From Patescibacteria group bacterium (GTDB taxonomy: Bacteria > Patescibacteriota > Patescibacteriia > JAXHNJ01): a DNA stretch of 64,000 nt. The position numbers and the translations under genes were made by a program. Numbering within the stretch: position 1 is the stretch's first letter; every line of letters starts with the position of its first letter. Of this stretch, positions 27,742 through 36,458 are shown one piece after another. The notes below the pieces were generated by a model, which worked only from the letters and a program-made list of their open reading frames with translations, ran no database searches and had not been told where the DNA came from. The stretch is from assembly GCA_041649715.1 (NCBI GenBank), contig JBAZMP010000001.1, forward strand, positions 309,287 through 373,286. The letters run 5' to 3'.

Positions 27742-27919
27742 CCGGCTTTCCAAACTCAATTCATTAAAAAAGGTTCTTCCCAAAATGTATGGCCTGGAGG
27801 AAGTATTAAATCGTCTAATTTTTCGTATTAAAAGATAAATTTTAGTATTTTTTTACCGCCTTTGCCTTTTTAAAAAAACTGGTCAAGCCCGGCGGAAAAT
27901 TGCCTTAGATTCAAATTTA

Positions 27920-27997
27920 GCCGCCTTCGTCTAGCCCGGTCCAGGACGCGTCCCTCTCACGGACGAAACATGGGTTCGAATCCCGTAGGCGGTACCA
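27920..27997 (+). tRNA. tRNA-Glu (anticodon CUC) with encoded CCA
   Basis: GCCGCCTTCGTCTAGCCCGGTCCAGGACGCGTCCCTCTCACGGACGAAACATGGGTTCGAATCCCGTAGGCGGTACCA. The acceptor stem has 7 base pairs and the T-loop is GGTTCGAATCC. The anticodon loop CTCTCAC places CTC at positions 34-36. It closely resembles E. coli tRNA-Glu. Confidence 0.9.
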
Positions 27998-28029
27998 GAT
28001 ATAAGTATTATAAACAACTAATATAATAA

Positions 28030-28674
28030 ATGATTATGTTCGAAACAACACCAAAATCATCCGACCCGCTTGATATGTTCGAGGTGACACCAAAATCGCC
28101 CGCCCCGCCTAATCTGCCGGCCGAAAAAAATACGGCGGTCGGCTCGCGACTTCCCGAGGAGCTATTGGATGAAGTGATGGAAGGCGGCTCCGGCAAGGGC
28201 AAGAAGATAATCCTGGTTATTTTAGGCGTTATCATCCTGGCGGGGCTGGTTTTTGGCGGTTATATTTTATACAACAAATATTTCGGCGCCCCTTCTGAAA
28301 ATGAAAATATCAGTAATATCAGTAATCAGGCCGGAAACAAGAATATCACGATCCCACCGGCCGATATCCAGGCCCTGGCTCTCTGCTATTTAAAAGAACA
28401 TGCTGACGCCTCTTTCTATTTTCCCGCCGGACTGATAAGGGGAGATTACGAAAAGGCGGCGGCTAACGCGGCCGGCTGCGCAAGTTTCAGCGCCGATGAA
28501 TTGAGCGCCATCTTTTATTATTTTACCCTTGATCCGGATCAGGACGGCCTGAATTACGTCGTGGAGCAAAAATACGGCACGGACAACAGCAAGAAGGACA
28601 CGGACGGGGATTCCTACGGCGATCTTGTCGAGATAAACGGCGGCTATAATCCTTTAGGGCCGGGAAAATTATAA
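28030..28674 (+). CDS. Membrane-anchored protein of unknown function
   Basis: 214 aa. A Pro-rich N-terminus and one TM helix (IILVILGVIILAGLVFGGYILY) are followed by an extracytoplasmic domain ending in DTDGDSYGDLVEINGGYNP. Confidence 0.55.
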   Translation: MIMFETTPKSSDPLDMFEVTPKSPAPPNLPAEKNTAVGSRLPEELLDEVMEGGSGKGKKIILVILGVIILAGLVFGGYILYNKYFGAPSENENISNISNQAGNKNITIPPADIQALALCYLKEHADASFYFPAGLIRGDYEKAAANAAGCASFSADELSAIFYYFTLDPDQDGLNYVVEQKYGTDNSKKDTDGDSYGDLVEINGGYNPLGPGKL

Positions 28675-28739
28675 ATTTATGGGTGCCAGAAACCTTTATT
28701 TTCCGCTTGTTTTAAGGCAAAATTTAATTTATAATATAT

Positions 28740-29339
28740 ATGGCATCAAATAAAGAAGGAGGAAATCCCATGAAAAAATATATAATATTAGGCTTAATCG
28801 TTATCGTGGTGGTAGCCGGATTGCTGGCCTTGTTTTGGTTTTATCCGGGGATTTTCCCTTTTGGGCAGAACAAAAATTCCGCCTCCCAGAATACCAATTT
28901 AACCGCGAACACTAATGCGTCGGTCAATCAAAACACGAACACGCCAGCCGTAAATCTTAACATCAGTCTCAAGACGGGGAGCATTCAGGTAAATAAGGCC
29001 GTCACCTACAGAAACATTGAATTTAAGGTCTTGACCGCTGACAAGTCAAGCGTATTTGAAAAGATGGAGGCAGGCAGCGGCCAGACGCTGGTCGGACTGT
29101 ATCTGGAAAGGATAACCGGAGGCAACATTGTTGACATCTCTTCCTGGCTGAGAACAGAGATCAAGCTTAAAAACAGCCAAGGCCGGGAGTTTTCGCTTTT
29201 CGGCTATAATTTGCCCGGGGGAAGCGCCCCTTCCTATTCCGCCAGTTATCTGGTCTTTGAAACCGGCCAGAAAGATAGCGGCTTTTCCCTGAATTTCGGC
29301 ACGGGCGAGGCCTTTCAGACTATCGATTTAGGTTTTTAA
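28740..29339 (+). CDS. Membrane-anchored protein of unknown function with an Asn-rich linker
   Basis: 199 aa. A TM anchor is followed by NTNLTANTNASVNQNTNTPAVNLN and a beta-rich domain. Confidence 0.55.
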   Translation: MASNKEGGNPMKKYIILGLIVIVVVAGLLALFWFYPGIFPFGQNKNSASQNTNLTANTNASVNQNTNTPAVNLNISLKTGSIQVNKAVTYRNIEFKVLTADKSSVFEKMEAGSGQTLVGLYLERITGGNIVDISSWLRTEIKLKNSQGREFSLFGYNLPGGSAPSYSASYLVFETGQKDSGFSLNFGTGEAFQTIDLGF

Positions 29340-29399
29340 GTTAATCCTTTAAAACTATCCTTTTTTAGATACTTTGGATAGTTTTAAAATTAATTATTT

Positions 29400-30527
29400 A
29401 TGAAAATAGCGATTGTCACGCAAAGTTATTATCCGATCAAGGGAGGGGTGGCGGAGCATGTCCATGCTCTTTCCGGAGAGCTGGAAAAATTAGGGCATAA
29501 AGTCGTCATCATCACCGCCAATTTTACCGGTTTGGACGATAATTATGGACGTTGTGTCTATCGGATCGGCCGCGACTTGACGATTCCGATAAACGGCGCC
29601 TTCAACAACATGACGGTCGGTTTTTCCTTAAAAAAACAGTTGGAGGAAATTGAAAGCAAGGAAAAATTTGATCTTATCCATATCCATCAGCCGATTGACC
29701 CGATCCTGCCTTTAATGGCTTTGAAATATTTAAAAGCCCCCAAAGTCGGCACTTTCCATACCTACAGCGAGGGAAGCTATATTTTGGAGACTTTAAAGAA
29801 TCAGGCCAAGCCTTTTTTTGATCGTCTTTCCGGCTTGATCGCGGTCTCGTCTTCCGCGCGGGAATACATCACCCGGTATCTGCCCGGTGATTACCGGATA
29901 ATCCCCAACGGCGTGGACACCACCCGGTTTTCTCCCGAAGTGGAGCCCTTGGAAGGATATAAAAATAGCCGCGATTTCAAGATATTATTTGTGGGCAGAA
30001 TGGACCCCCGCAAGGGTTTTAAGTATTTGTTGAGGGCTTTCCCTCTGATCTATCAAAAGATCACCAATGTCCGCCTGATCGTGGTGGGCAATGGATTTTT
30101 GCGGACGTTTTACCATTTATCCCTGCCTTCCGTTCTGCGGCCCAGAGTGGATTACCGGGGTTTTGTTTCAAGGGCCGATCTGCCCCGGTATTATGCCTCC
30201 TGTGATGTTTACTGTTCGCCGGCCACCATGGGCGAAAGTTTCGGCATCGTTCTTTTGGAAGCGATGGCCTCGGGCAAGCCGGTCATCGCCTCGGATATCC
30301 GGGGTTATAATTCCATTCTGGAAGACGGCCGCCAGGGATATTTAGTGCCCAAAGAAAATCCCCTGGCTTTGGCGGAAAAAATCATTGATTTGGCCTGTGA
30401 CCAGAAAAAAAGAGAAATGATGGGGGCGGCTGGCCGGCAAAAAGCCCTGACCTTTGATTGGGGGAGGGTGGCGAAAGAGATTGAGGGACTATACCGGGAA
30501 GTTCTGGGGAAAAAGGGAAAGTCATAA
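29400..30527 (+). CDS. Family 4 glycosyltransferase (GT4)
   Basis: 375 aa. The N-terminus MKIAIVTQSYYPIKGGVAEHV..L.KLGH.V is typical, as is the C-terminal E(x7)E motif region ESFGIVLLEAMASGKPVIASD. Confidence 0.8.
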   Translation: MKIAIVTQSYYPIKGGVAEHVHALSGELEKLGHKVVIITANFTGLDDNYGRCVYRIGRDLTIPINGAFNNMTVGFSLKKQLEEIESKEKFDLIHIHQPIDPILPLMALKYLKAPKVGTFHTYSEGSYILETLKNQAKPFFDRLSGLIAVSSSAREYITRYLPGDYRIIPNGVDTTRFSPEVEPLEGYKNSRDFKILFVGRMDPRKGFKYLLRAFPLIYQKITNVRLIVVGNGFLRTFYHLSLPSVLRPRVDYRGFVSRADLPRYYASCDVYCSPATMGESFGIVLLEAMASGKPVIASDIRGYNSILEDGRQGYLVPKENPLALAEKIIDLACDQKKREMMGAAGRQKALTFDWGRVAKEIEGLYREVLGKKGKS

Positions 30528-30531
30528 AATT

Positions 30532-32424
30532 ATGGAGGAAGGGGTAAAAAATATAAAGAGAGCAAAAGGGGCTTTTCGTTTTTTTATCTTGGCCGGCCTA
30601 GTGATTGTTTTGCCGCTTTTTGTTTTTATTTTTATCAATCAGCCGCTAAAACCCACCCTGGTCGTGATCAAGGAGGAAAGCAGGTTGAAAGTTGATTCAC
30701 CGCTGGAGATCCAGTTTGACTGGCCGGTCGCCCGCCAAGTAAATATCACCATTGAACCGGCGGTAACGGGCGAGGTGGCTTATAAGAATATGATCATCGG
30801 CCAGCATTTTTCGCGGACCGTGGTTTTTACCCCGGAGCTTAACTTTTGGCCGGACACCACCTACCAAGTGAGGGTTTCAAATGTGAAATCCGTTTTGCCG
30901 AGCTTGTTGCCGGCCCGGGAATATGTCTATACTTTTACCACGGAAAGTGTGCCGAAAATCAAATCCCTGACCCCGGAAGTTGTTGGGGAAATAAGGGCAG
31001 ACCAAGAATTCAAAATAACCCTGGATAAAAAACCGGCCAACCTGGCAGAATACGAATATCGTTTTTTGCCGGCTGTTGATTATGACACTCTGTTAAGCGA
31101 AGAGGGAAAAACCGTCACTTTAAAGCCTAAAAGCTTGCTTTCCCAGGGCCAGACTTATCAGTTATCTGTTTGGCAGAAAAAAATCCGGAATTTTTATCAG
31201 AAAAATGAGGCGGGTTTCCGGGCCGAGCCGGAAAGTATTTGGACCGGCAATTTTGCCGTCCGGGAGGCTCCCTTTCTTTCGGGCTTTTCCCCGAAAGGAG
31301 AAAATGTCGGCTTAAACGCCGAGATCACCGCGGTTTTTAACGAGCCGGTGGAAACTGCTTCTTTCAAAGAGAGCCTTTCCATCACGCCGGCTTTATCAGG
31401 CGATTGGCGGACCGAAGATCAAAAAACCTTTGTTTTGAAAGAAGCGACACTCGCCAAAGACACCGACTATAAAGTTTTGATCCGCCGGGGCTTAAAGACT
31501 CTCAAGGGCGGATATTTCACCGAAGACGCCACGCATACTTTTAAAACGATCGGCCCGGTGGAAATCGCTCGTTTTTCTCCGGCTGATGGCGCCGCCGGCG
31601 TTTCCGTCAGTCATTCTTTTTCCGTCACTTTTAACCAGGCAGTGGATAAAACATCGGCCCAAAGTCATTTTTCCCTTGAGCCGGCGGCTGCCGGAGATTT
31701 TTTGTGGTCAGGGGAGACATTGACTTTTAAGCCAAAGGCTTCCTTAGCTTTTAATACGACCTATCATCTCACGATATCCAAGGGAGTGAAAAGCTTGTCG
31801 GGTTTTGATTCGGAAGAAGACTATAAAACAAACTTTACCACCGAGCTTTCCCTGACGAAATTGGCCGTTCCCTTCCACCGGCAGGAGCATAATTTAAGCT
31901 GCGAGACCGCCACCCTGGTCATGGCCTTGGCCTACCGAGGGGTGAGCGTTTCGGAGGCCGCGATTATAGATTATATCGGCTTTGACCCCACGCCGAAATC
32001 AGGGGGCGTCTGGGGTAATCCTAACGTCGCTTTTGTCGGCGACATTGACGGCCACCAGCCTTCGACCGGCTACGGAGTCTATTGGGATCCGATCACCAGA
32101 GCCGCCGATCAATACCGGAGCGCTTATGATTTTACCGGCTGGAATATCTCCGATTTGACCGCGGAGATCAAGAAAGGCAATCCGGTGATCGTCTGGGGCA
32201 CGGCCGGTTCCGGAGCCAGGATTGACTGGAAGACGCCCGCCGGCGGCAACGTGGTGGCCGTCAGCGGCGAGCACACCCGGGTGGTTGTCGGTTTTATCGG
32301 TTCGGCCGAAAATCCGAGCAAAATCATTACTTTAGACCCGCTTTCCGGGGAAAAGTATTTTACCTTGAGCAGTTTTCTTTGGAACTGGGGGCTTTTGGGC
32401 CGAAGCGGCGTGGTGGTCGAATAG
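30532..32424 (+). CDS. Membrane-anchored multidomain protein with a C-terminal YvpB/C39-like cysteine peptidase domain
   Basis: 630 aa. An N-terminal TM helix is followed by repeated beta-sandwich-like segments. The C-terminal domain LAVPFHRQEHNLSCETATLVMALAYRGVSVSE ... GEHTRVVVGF matches the Peptidase_C39_2 (YvpB) pattern VP...Q....CE..S..M. Confidence 0.6.
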   Translation: MEEGVKNIKRAKGAFRFFILAGLVIVLPLFVFIFINQPLKPTLVVIKEESRLKVDSPLEIQFDWPVARQVNITIEPAVTGEVAYKNMIIGQHFSRTVVFTPELNFWPDTTYQVRVSNVKSVLPSLLPAREYVYTFTTESVPKIKSLTPEVVGEIRADQEFKITLDKKPANLAEYEYRFLPAVDYDTLLSEEGKTVTLKPKSLLSQGQTYQLSVWQKKIRNFYQKNEAGFRAEPESIWTGNFAVREAPFLSGFSPKGENVGLNAEITAVFNEPVETASFKESLSITPALSGDWRTEDQKTFVLKEATLAKDTDYKVLIRRGLKTLKGGYFTEDATHTFKTIGPVEIARFSPADGAAGVSVSHSFSVTFNQAVDKTSAQSHFSLEPAAAGDFLWSGETLTFKPKASLAFNTTYHLTISKGVKSLSGFDSEEDYKTNFTTELSLTKLAVPFHRQEHNLSCETATLVMALAYRGVSVSEAAIIDYIGFDPTPKSGGVWGNPNVAFVGDIDGHQPSTGYGVYWDPITRAADQYRSAYDFTGWNISDLTAEIKKGNPVIVWGTAGSGARIDWKTPAGGNVVAVSGEHTRVVVGFIGSAENPSKIITLDPLSGEKYFTLSSFLWNWGLLGRSGVVVE

Positions 32425-32446
32425 GAGATTTTGTTCTATAATAAGA

Positions 32447-33421
32447 GTGATTAAATATAAACTGATGTCCCATTGTGTTCTCATTTTCGAAAAAGAAACC
32501 ATCCGGGAAGCAGGCTTGGAGGATATCCACAAGGATGATCTGATCTGGGCGGATTTTCAAGATCCGACGGAAAAGGATTTAAAATTTGTTGCCGAACTGA
32601 TCGGGACCGGCATCCCGGAGATAAAAGAATGGTTTAAGCCCTCGCAAAGGCCGACTCTGTTCCAGCAGGATGATTACTCGGCCATTTTTTTAGGTTTCCC
32701 CGTGGCTAGCAATAAATCTATCCACGCTCATCCTTTGTTAATATTTGTTTCTAAAGACCGGAACGATATCATAACCCTGCATCGCGGCCCGTGCCTGGCT
32801 CTTGAAAAAGTCCATTCCTACAATGAATTGCGTAATTTGCGGGTTTTTAAGGGCGGTATTACTAACGTGCTTTTAGCCATCCTGGAAGAAGTGGTGGACA
32901 GTTTTTTTGATAACGTGGAAAAGATCAGCGACGATTTGGAAAATATTGAAGGCCATATGTTTGACTATAAAAACAGCCGGAACGTGATGAACCTAACTTT
33001 TACAGTAAAAAAAAGCCTGATCTATCTGAACCGGGCCCTGATCGCTGACCGCGAGGTCGTCATGGGGATAGAAAGGCAGTATGTAAAATTTTTCGACGAG
33101 GAACGACTAGGGGATTTCCGCGATCTATCCCTGAAGATCGTCCAGCTGATCGAAATGATGACCACCTACCGGGATATCATCACTTCGACCATTGAGATTC
33201 ATCTCTCGGCCATTTCCAATAACCTGAACGTGACCATGAAGAAAGTCACCTCCTGGGGCGCTCTAATCTTGGTGCCCAGTCTGATCGCCGGTATTTTTGG
33301 CATGAATTTCGAATACATCCCCATTTTGCATGAAAGAACTGGTTTCTATATATCCATAATATTAATGGTGTCATCGGTATATGTTCTGGCGCGGTATTTT
33401 CAAAAGAAAGACTGGCTGTAA
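32447..33421 (+). CDS. corA: Magnesium/cobalt transporter CorA
   Basis: 324 aa. The C-terminus has two TM helices with the GMN signature (IFGMNFEYIP) and the typical cytoplasmic domain. Confidence 0.8.
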   Translation: MIKYKLMSHCVLIFEKETIREAGLEDIHKDDLIWADFQDPTEKDLKFVAELIGTGIPEIKEWFKPSQRPTLFQQDDYSAIFLGFPVASNKSIHAHPLLIFVSKDRNDIITLHRGPCLALEKVHSYNELRNLRVFKGGITNVLLAILEEVVDSFFDNVEKISDDLENIEGHMFDYKNSRNVMNLTFTVKKSLIYLNRALIADREVVMGIERQYVKFFDEERLGDFRDLSLKIVQLIEMMTTYRDIITSTIEIHLSAISNNLNVTMKKVTSWGALILVPSLIAGIFGMNFEYIPILHERTGFYISIILMVSSVYVLARYFQKKDWL

Positions 33422-33426
33422 AAAAA

Positions 33427-34230
33427 ATGAAGAAGAAAATAATAATATTGTTATTAATCCTAACACTCGCCTGTCTTTTTTATTTCGGCCGGCACCAGAT
33501 CGCGGAATTATGGGAGAATTTCGTGGCCGAACCCCTGCCAGAACCGACTCCTCTGGAAAATATCAATACAAGGATAAATCAAAATACTAACGCAGCGGTC
33601 AATCAGAATCAAAATATTAACTTGTCGGTGAATAATAACCTTAACGCCGCGCCGCCCGTTTTACCGTCTGAATTCAATCTAGTCGTGCCTTTTACCACTC
33701 AGTCGCCGTTTGCGGAATGGACCGAGCAGGATAACGAATCCTGCGAAGAAGCGGCGATTTTGACCGTCCATTATTACTGGCAAAAAAAGACTTTTACCAA
33801 ACAAATTGCCAAAGAGGAGCTGCAAAAGATTGTGGATTATGAAATGGCGCATCTGGGTTTTTACAAAGATACGGATGCGGAAGAAACGGCCCAGTTGGCC
33901 AAGGATATGTGGGGCTACAAGCGCGTGGACGTGGTTTGGGATCCGACGCTTGAGGATATAAAACAGCAGGTCTATGCCGGCCGACCGGTGATCTTGCCGA
34001 CCGCGGGAAGAGAGTTAAAAAACCCGAATTTCAAAACGCCGGGGCCCATATACCACATGGTGGTGGTGCGCGGCTGGACCAAGGGTATGATCATTACCAA
34101 TGATCCGGGCACGCGCAAAGGTGAAAATTACCAATATTCCCCTGATATTTTAATGAATGCGGTGCATGACTGGAACGACGGGGATATAATGAATGGAAAA
34201 AAGGCGATGATTGTGATTTATCCGAATTAA
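33427..34230 (+). CDS. Signal-anchored YvpB/C39-like peptidase-domain protein
   Basis: 267 aa. A TM anchor and Asn-rich linker are followed by LVVPFTTQSPFAEWTEQDNESCEEAAILTVHYYWQ ... YHMVVVRGW, which matches the Cys and His regions. Confidence 0.55.
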   Translation: MKKKIIILLLILTLACLFYFGRHQIAELWENFVAEPLPEPTPLENINTRINQNTNAAVNQNQNINLSVNNNLNAAPPVLPSEFNLVVPFTTQSPFAEWTEQDNESCEEAAILTVHYYWQKKTFTKQIAKEELQKIVDYEMAHLGFYKDTDAEETAQLAKDMWGYKRVDVVWDPTLEDIKQQVYAGRPVILPTAGRELKNPNFKTPGPIYHMVVVRGWTKGMIITNDPGTRKGENYQYSPDILMNAVHDWNDGDIMNGKKAMIVIYPN

Positions 34231-34248
34231 TCTTTAATATCCTCAATT

Positions 34249-34701
34249 ATGCCGGAGAAAGAAAGAGATTTCTTAGTCCGTAAGCCGATTAGAGTGAGTA
34301 TCATTATGAATGTTGATGTAAGTGATTGGGCCCTTAAAGACAAGCTGCCCGAAGGCTATATATGCGGTGGTGGCGTATTTAGTTTTCCCGCCGGGTATCG
34401 GGAATCCTACATTGTCAATGGAAAAGAATATAATTGTGAGGGTAATTTGAGCTTAGAGGAGCAAAGGGCTGATATTACACATGACCTGACGGAAGGAGGC
34501 TTTTCTCTTCAGGAAGCGGAAGAGTATATGGTCAATCTTAAGACCGTAGAATGGTCAGTCAGCTATTTGAATTACGATGCTTCGCAAAAGTGGCTGGAAC
34601 TACATCCGGAATTTGAAGATGAAGCCATGAAAATCTTAAAAGAAGCTATCAATGAGCTTAAAGCGGAAGGAAATGAACAAGGGAGACGGGTCAGAAGGTG
34701 A
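34249..34701 (+). CDS. Hypothetical acidic protein
   Basis: 150-aa ORF with no motif recognised. It is flanked by an imperfect direct repeat of about 26 bp. Confidence 0.45.
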   Translation: MPEKERDFLVRKPIRVSIIMNVDVSDWALKDKLPEGYICGGGVFSFPAGYRESYIVNGKEYNCEGNLSLEEQRADITHDLTEGGFSLQEAEEYMVNLKTVEWSVSYLNYDASQKWLELHPEFEDEAMKILKEAINELKAEGNEQGRRVRR

Positions 34702-34724
34702 TGCTTGTGATTTATCCGAACGAT

Positions 34725-34862
34725 TGAAATAAATTCCAATATCCAAATTCAAAACACGCCCCAGAGGCGTTTTTTTGTATTAAAAAAATGGATCGTTAGA
34801 GTTTTGGATTTCGAATTTGGAATTTGGGTATTGTTTGGAACTTGGAATTTGTGATTTGGTAT
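34725..34862. repeat. AAATYC-family palindromic hairpin with a nested canonical terminator (ACGCCCCAGAGGCGTTTTTTT)
   Basis: ATTCCAATATCCAAATTCAAAAC ... GTTTTGGATTTCGAATTTGGAATTTGG. The inner GC hairpin plus T-tract lies at 34752..34776. Confidence 0.6.
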
Positions 34863-35002
34863 TTAGCGGCTAAATAGCGGCACAGTCAAGAATAGGGGAT
34901 AACCTTCCCTTTAAAATTTGACTCTCAAAAAGGGCGATGATATAATGTGGATAAGTATGTAATTGCATACTTTTCATACTTAATAAAATCAAGCAAAAAA
35001 CC

Positions 35003-35356
35003 ATGAAAAAAATCGCTTTAATCGCCACAATGGCTATCGCTTGCGTCTTGCCTCTTGCCGTTTTGGCCCAAACGCCGCTTTCTATTGAGAATGTCGGCAG
35101 TACCCTGGGTCTTGGCACGGCTGATCTCAAGGCCAGCGTTTTAAACATCCTCCAGTGGGTCCTGGGTCTGCTTGGCTTAATCGCGGTGATTATGATCATT
35201 ATCGGCGGCATAACACTGCTGGTGCCGACGAGCGCCGAAGCGGGAGAGAAAGCGAAAAAGATAATTACGGGGGCGGTCATCGGTTTGGTCGTTATCTTGC
35301 TCGCCTGGGCCATTATTATCTTTGTCATCAACACGACCACTAACGTGACGGTTTAA
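35003..35356 (+). CDS. Small secreted 2-TM protein: a candidate TrbC/VirB2-like pilin, or a hydrophobic bacteriocin-like peptide
   Basis: 117 aa. Signal peptide MKKIALIATMAIACVLPLAVLAQT, then two long hydrophobic helices separated by the basic loop PTSAEAGEKAKKIITG. The overlapping minus-strand ORF was rejected. Confidence 0.45.
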   Translation: MKKIALIATMAIACVLPLAVLAQTPLSIENVGSTLGLGTADLKASVLNILQWVLGLLGLIAVIMIIIGGITLLVPTSAEAGEKAKKIITGAVIGLVVILLAWAIIIFVINTTTNVTV

Positions 35357-35372
35357 AAATTAATATAAATAT

Positions 35373-35627
35373 ATGGTATCGACTAAGCAGCCGGAAATCT
35401 TCGGCACCGTGACCGTCGGAGAGCGCGGCCAGATCGTCATCCCCGCCCATCTGCGCGAGAAACTGCGCCTGAAAAAAGGCGACCAGCTGATGGTTTTCTG
35501 CCATTTAAACCAGATAATCGGTCTGGTCCGCTCAAATGAGATGTACGAATTTTTGAACCGGATCACCAACCGGATGGTCAAACAGGTGGATAAATTTAAA
35601 GAAGCCATTAAAAAACAGGGATTATAA
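35373..35627 (+). CDS. AbrB/MazE/SpoVT-family DNA-binding protein
   Basis: 84 aa. VTVGERGQIVIPAHLREKLRLKKGDQLMV is the swapped-hairpin AbrB-type motif. Confidence 0.7.
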   Translation: MVSTKQPEIFGTVTVGERGQIVIPAHLREKLRLKKGDQLMVFCHLNQIIGLVRSNEMYEFLNRITNRMVKQVDKFKEAIKKQGL

Positions 35628-35630
35628 CGA

Positions 35631-36440
35631 ATGGAAAATATCATCGAAGTCAAGAATCTAACCAAAAAATTCAAGGATCTGACCGCCGTGGATAGCATCT
35701 CTTTTAACGTCAAAAAGGGGGAGGTCTTCGGTTTTTTAGGGCCGAATGGGGCCGGTAAATCCACGACCATCCGGATGCTGACCACCTTGATGCGGCCGAC
35801 TTCCGGCCAGGCGACCGTGGCCGGACACGACGTTTCCAGCCAGCCGGATCTGGTGCGCGAGCACATCGGTTTAGTGGCGGAAAAAATCATCCTCTATGAT
35901 CGGCTGACGGCAATGGAAAATCTGATGTTTTTCGGTAACCTTTATCATTTACCAAAAAATGTCATTAAAGAAAGAGCGGCTAAGTGGCTGAAAGCCCTGG
36001 ATATGGATAAATGGGAAAAAAAGCAGACCGGTACTTTTTCCACGGGCATGAAGCAAAGAGTGAATATCGTCCGGGCCCTTTTGACCGAGCCGGAAGTGAT
36101 GTTTCTGGATGAGCCGACTTTGGGCCTGGATCCGCAGACGTCCCGCTCCATCCGGGATTTTATTAAAGATTTGCATGCCCACGGGGTGACGGTTATTTTG
36201 ACCACCCATATTATGCCCGAAGCGGACGAACTTTCCGATACCATTGCGATTATTGACCGCGGCCGGATTATCGCCTTAGACACTCCTTCTGACCTAAAAG
36301 CTCGCTGTAATAAGCCGAATGCTACCCTGGAAGACGTTTTTCTTTCTTTGACCGGCCGGGTCATGCGCGAGGAAACCCATAATAATATACCTTCGGCCCG
36401 AGGCCGCCATTTCATGGGTGGCCGGTCCCGGATCAGATAA
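35631..36440 (+). CDS. ABC transporter ATP-binding protein
   Basis: 269 aa. Walker A GPNGAGKST, signature FSTGMKQR, Walker B VMFLDEPTLGLD and a His-loop TTH. Confidence 0.85.
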   Translation: MENIIEVKNLTKKFKDLTAVDSISFNVKKGEVFGFLGPNGAGKSTTIRMLTTLMRPTSGQATVAGHDVSSQPDLVREHIGLVAEKIILYDRLTAMENLMFFGNLYHLPKNVIKERAAKWLKALDMDKWEKKQTGTFSTGMKQRVNIVRALLTEPEVMFLDEPTLGLDPQTSRSIRDFIKDLHAHGVTVILTTHIMPEADELSDTIAIIDRGRIIALDTPSDLKARCNKPNATLEDVFLSLTGRVMREETHNNIPSARGRHFMGGRSRIR

Positions 36441-36458
36441 TTAACTCCTTATATTAAT

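Noticed and set aside
30454-30531. Track ORF start at 30454 for the C39-domain protein
   Set aside because: It overlaps the 3' end of the GT4 gene. An in-frame ATG at 30532, right after the GT4 stop, gives the expected N-terminal TM anchor.
34870-35340. Minus-strand 156-aa ORF
   Set aside because: It mirrors the plus-strand signal-peptide, 2-TM ORF and is low-complexity.
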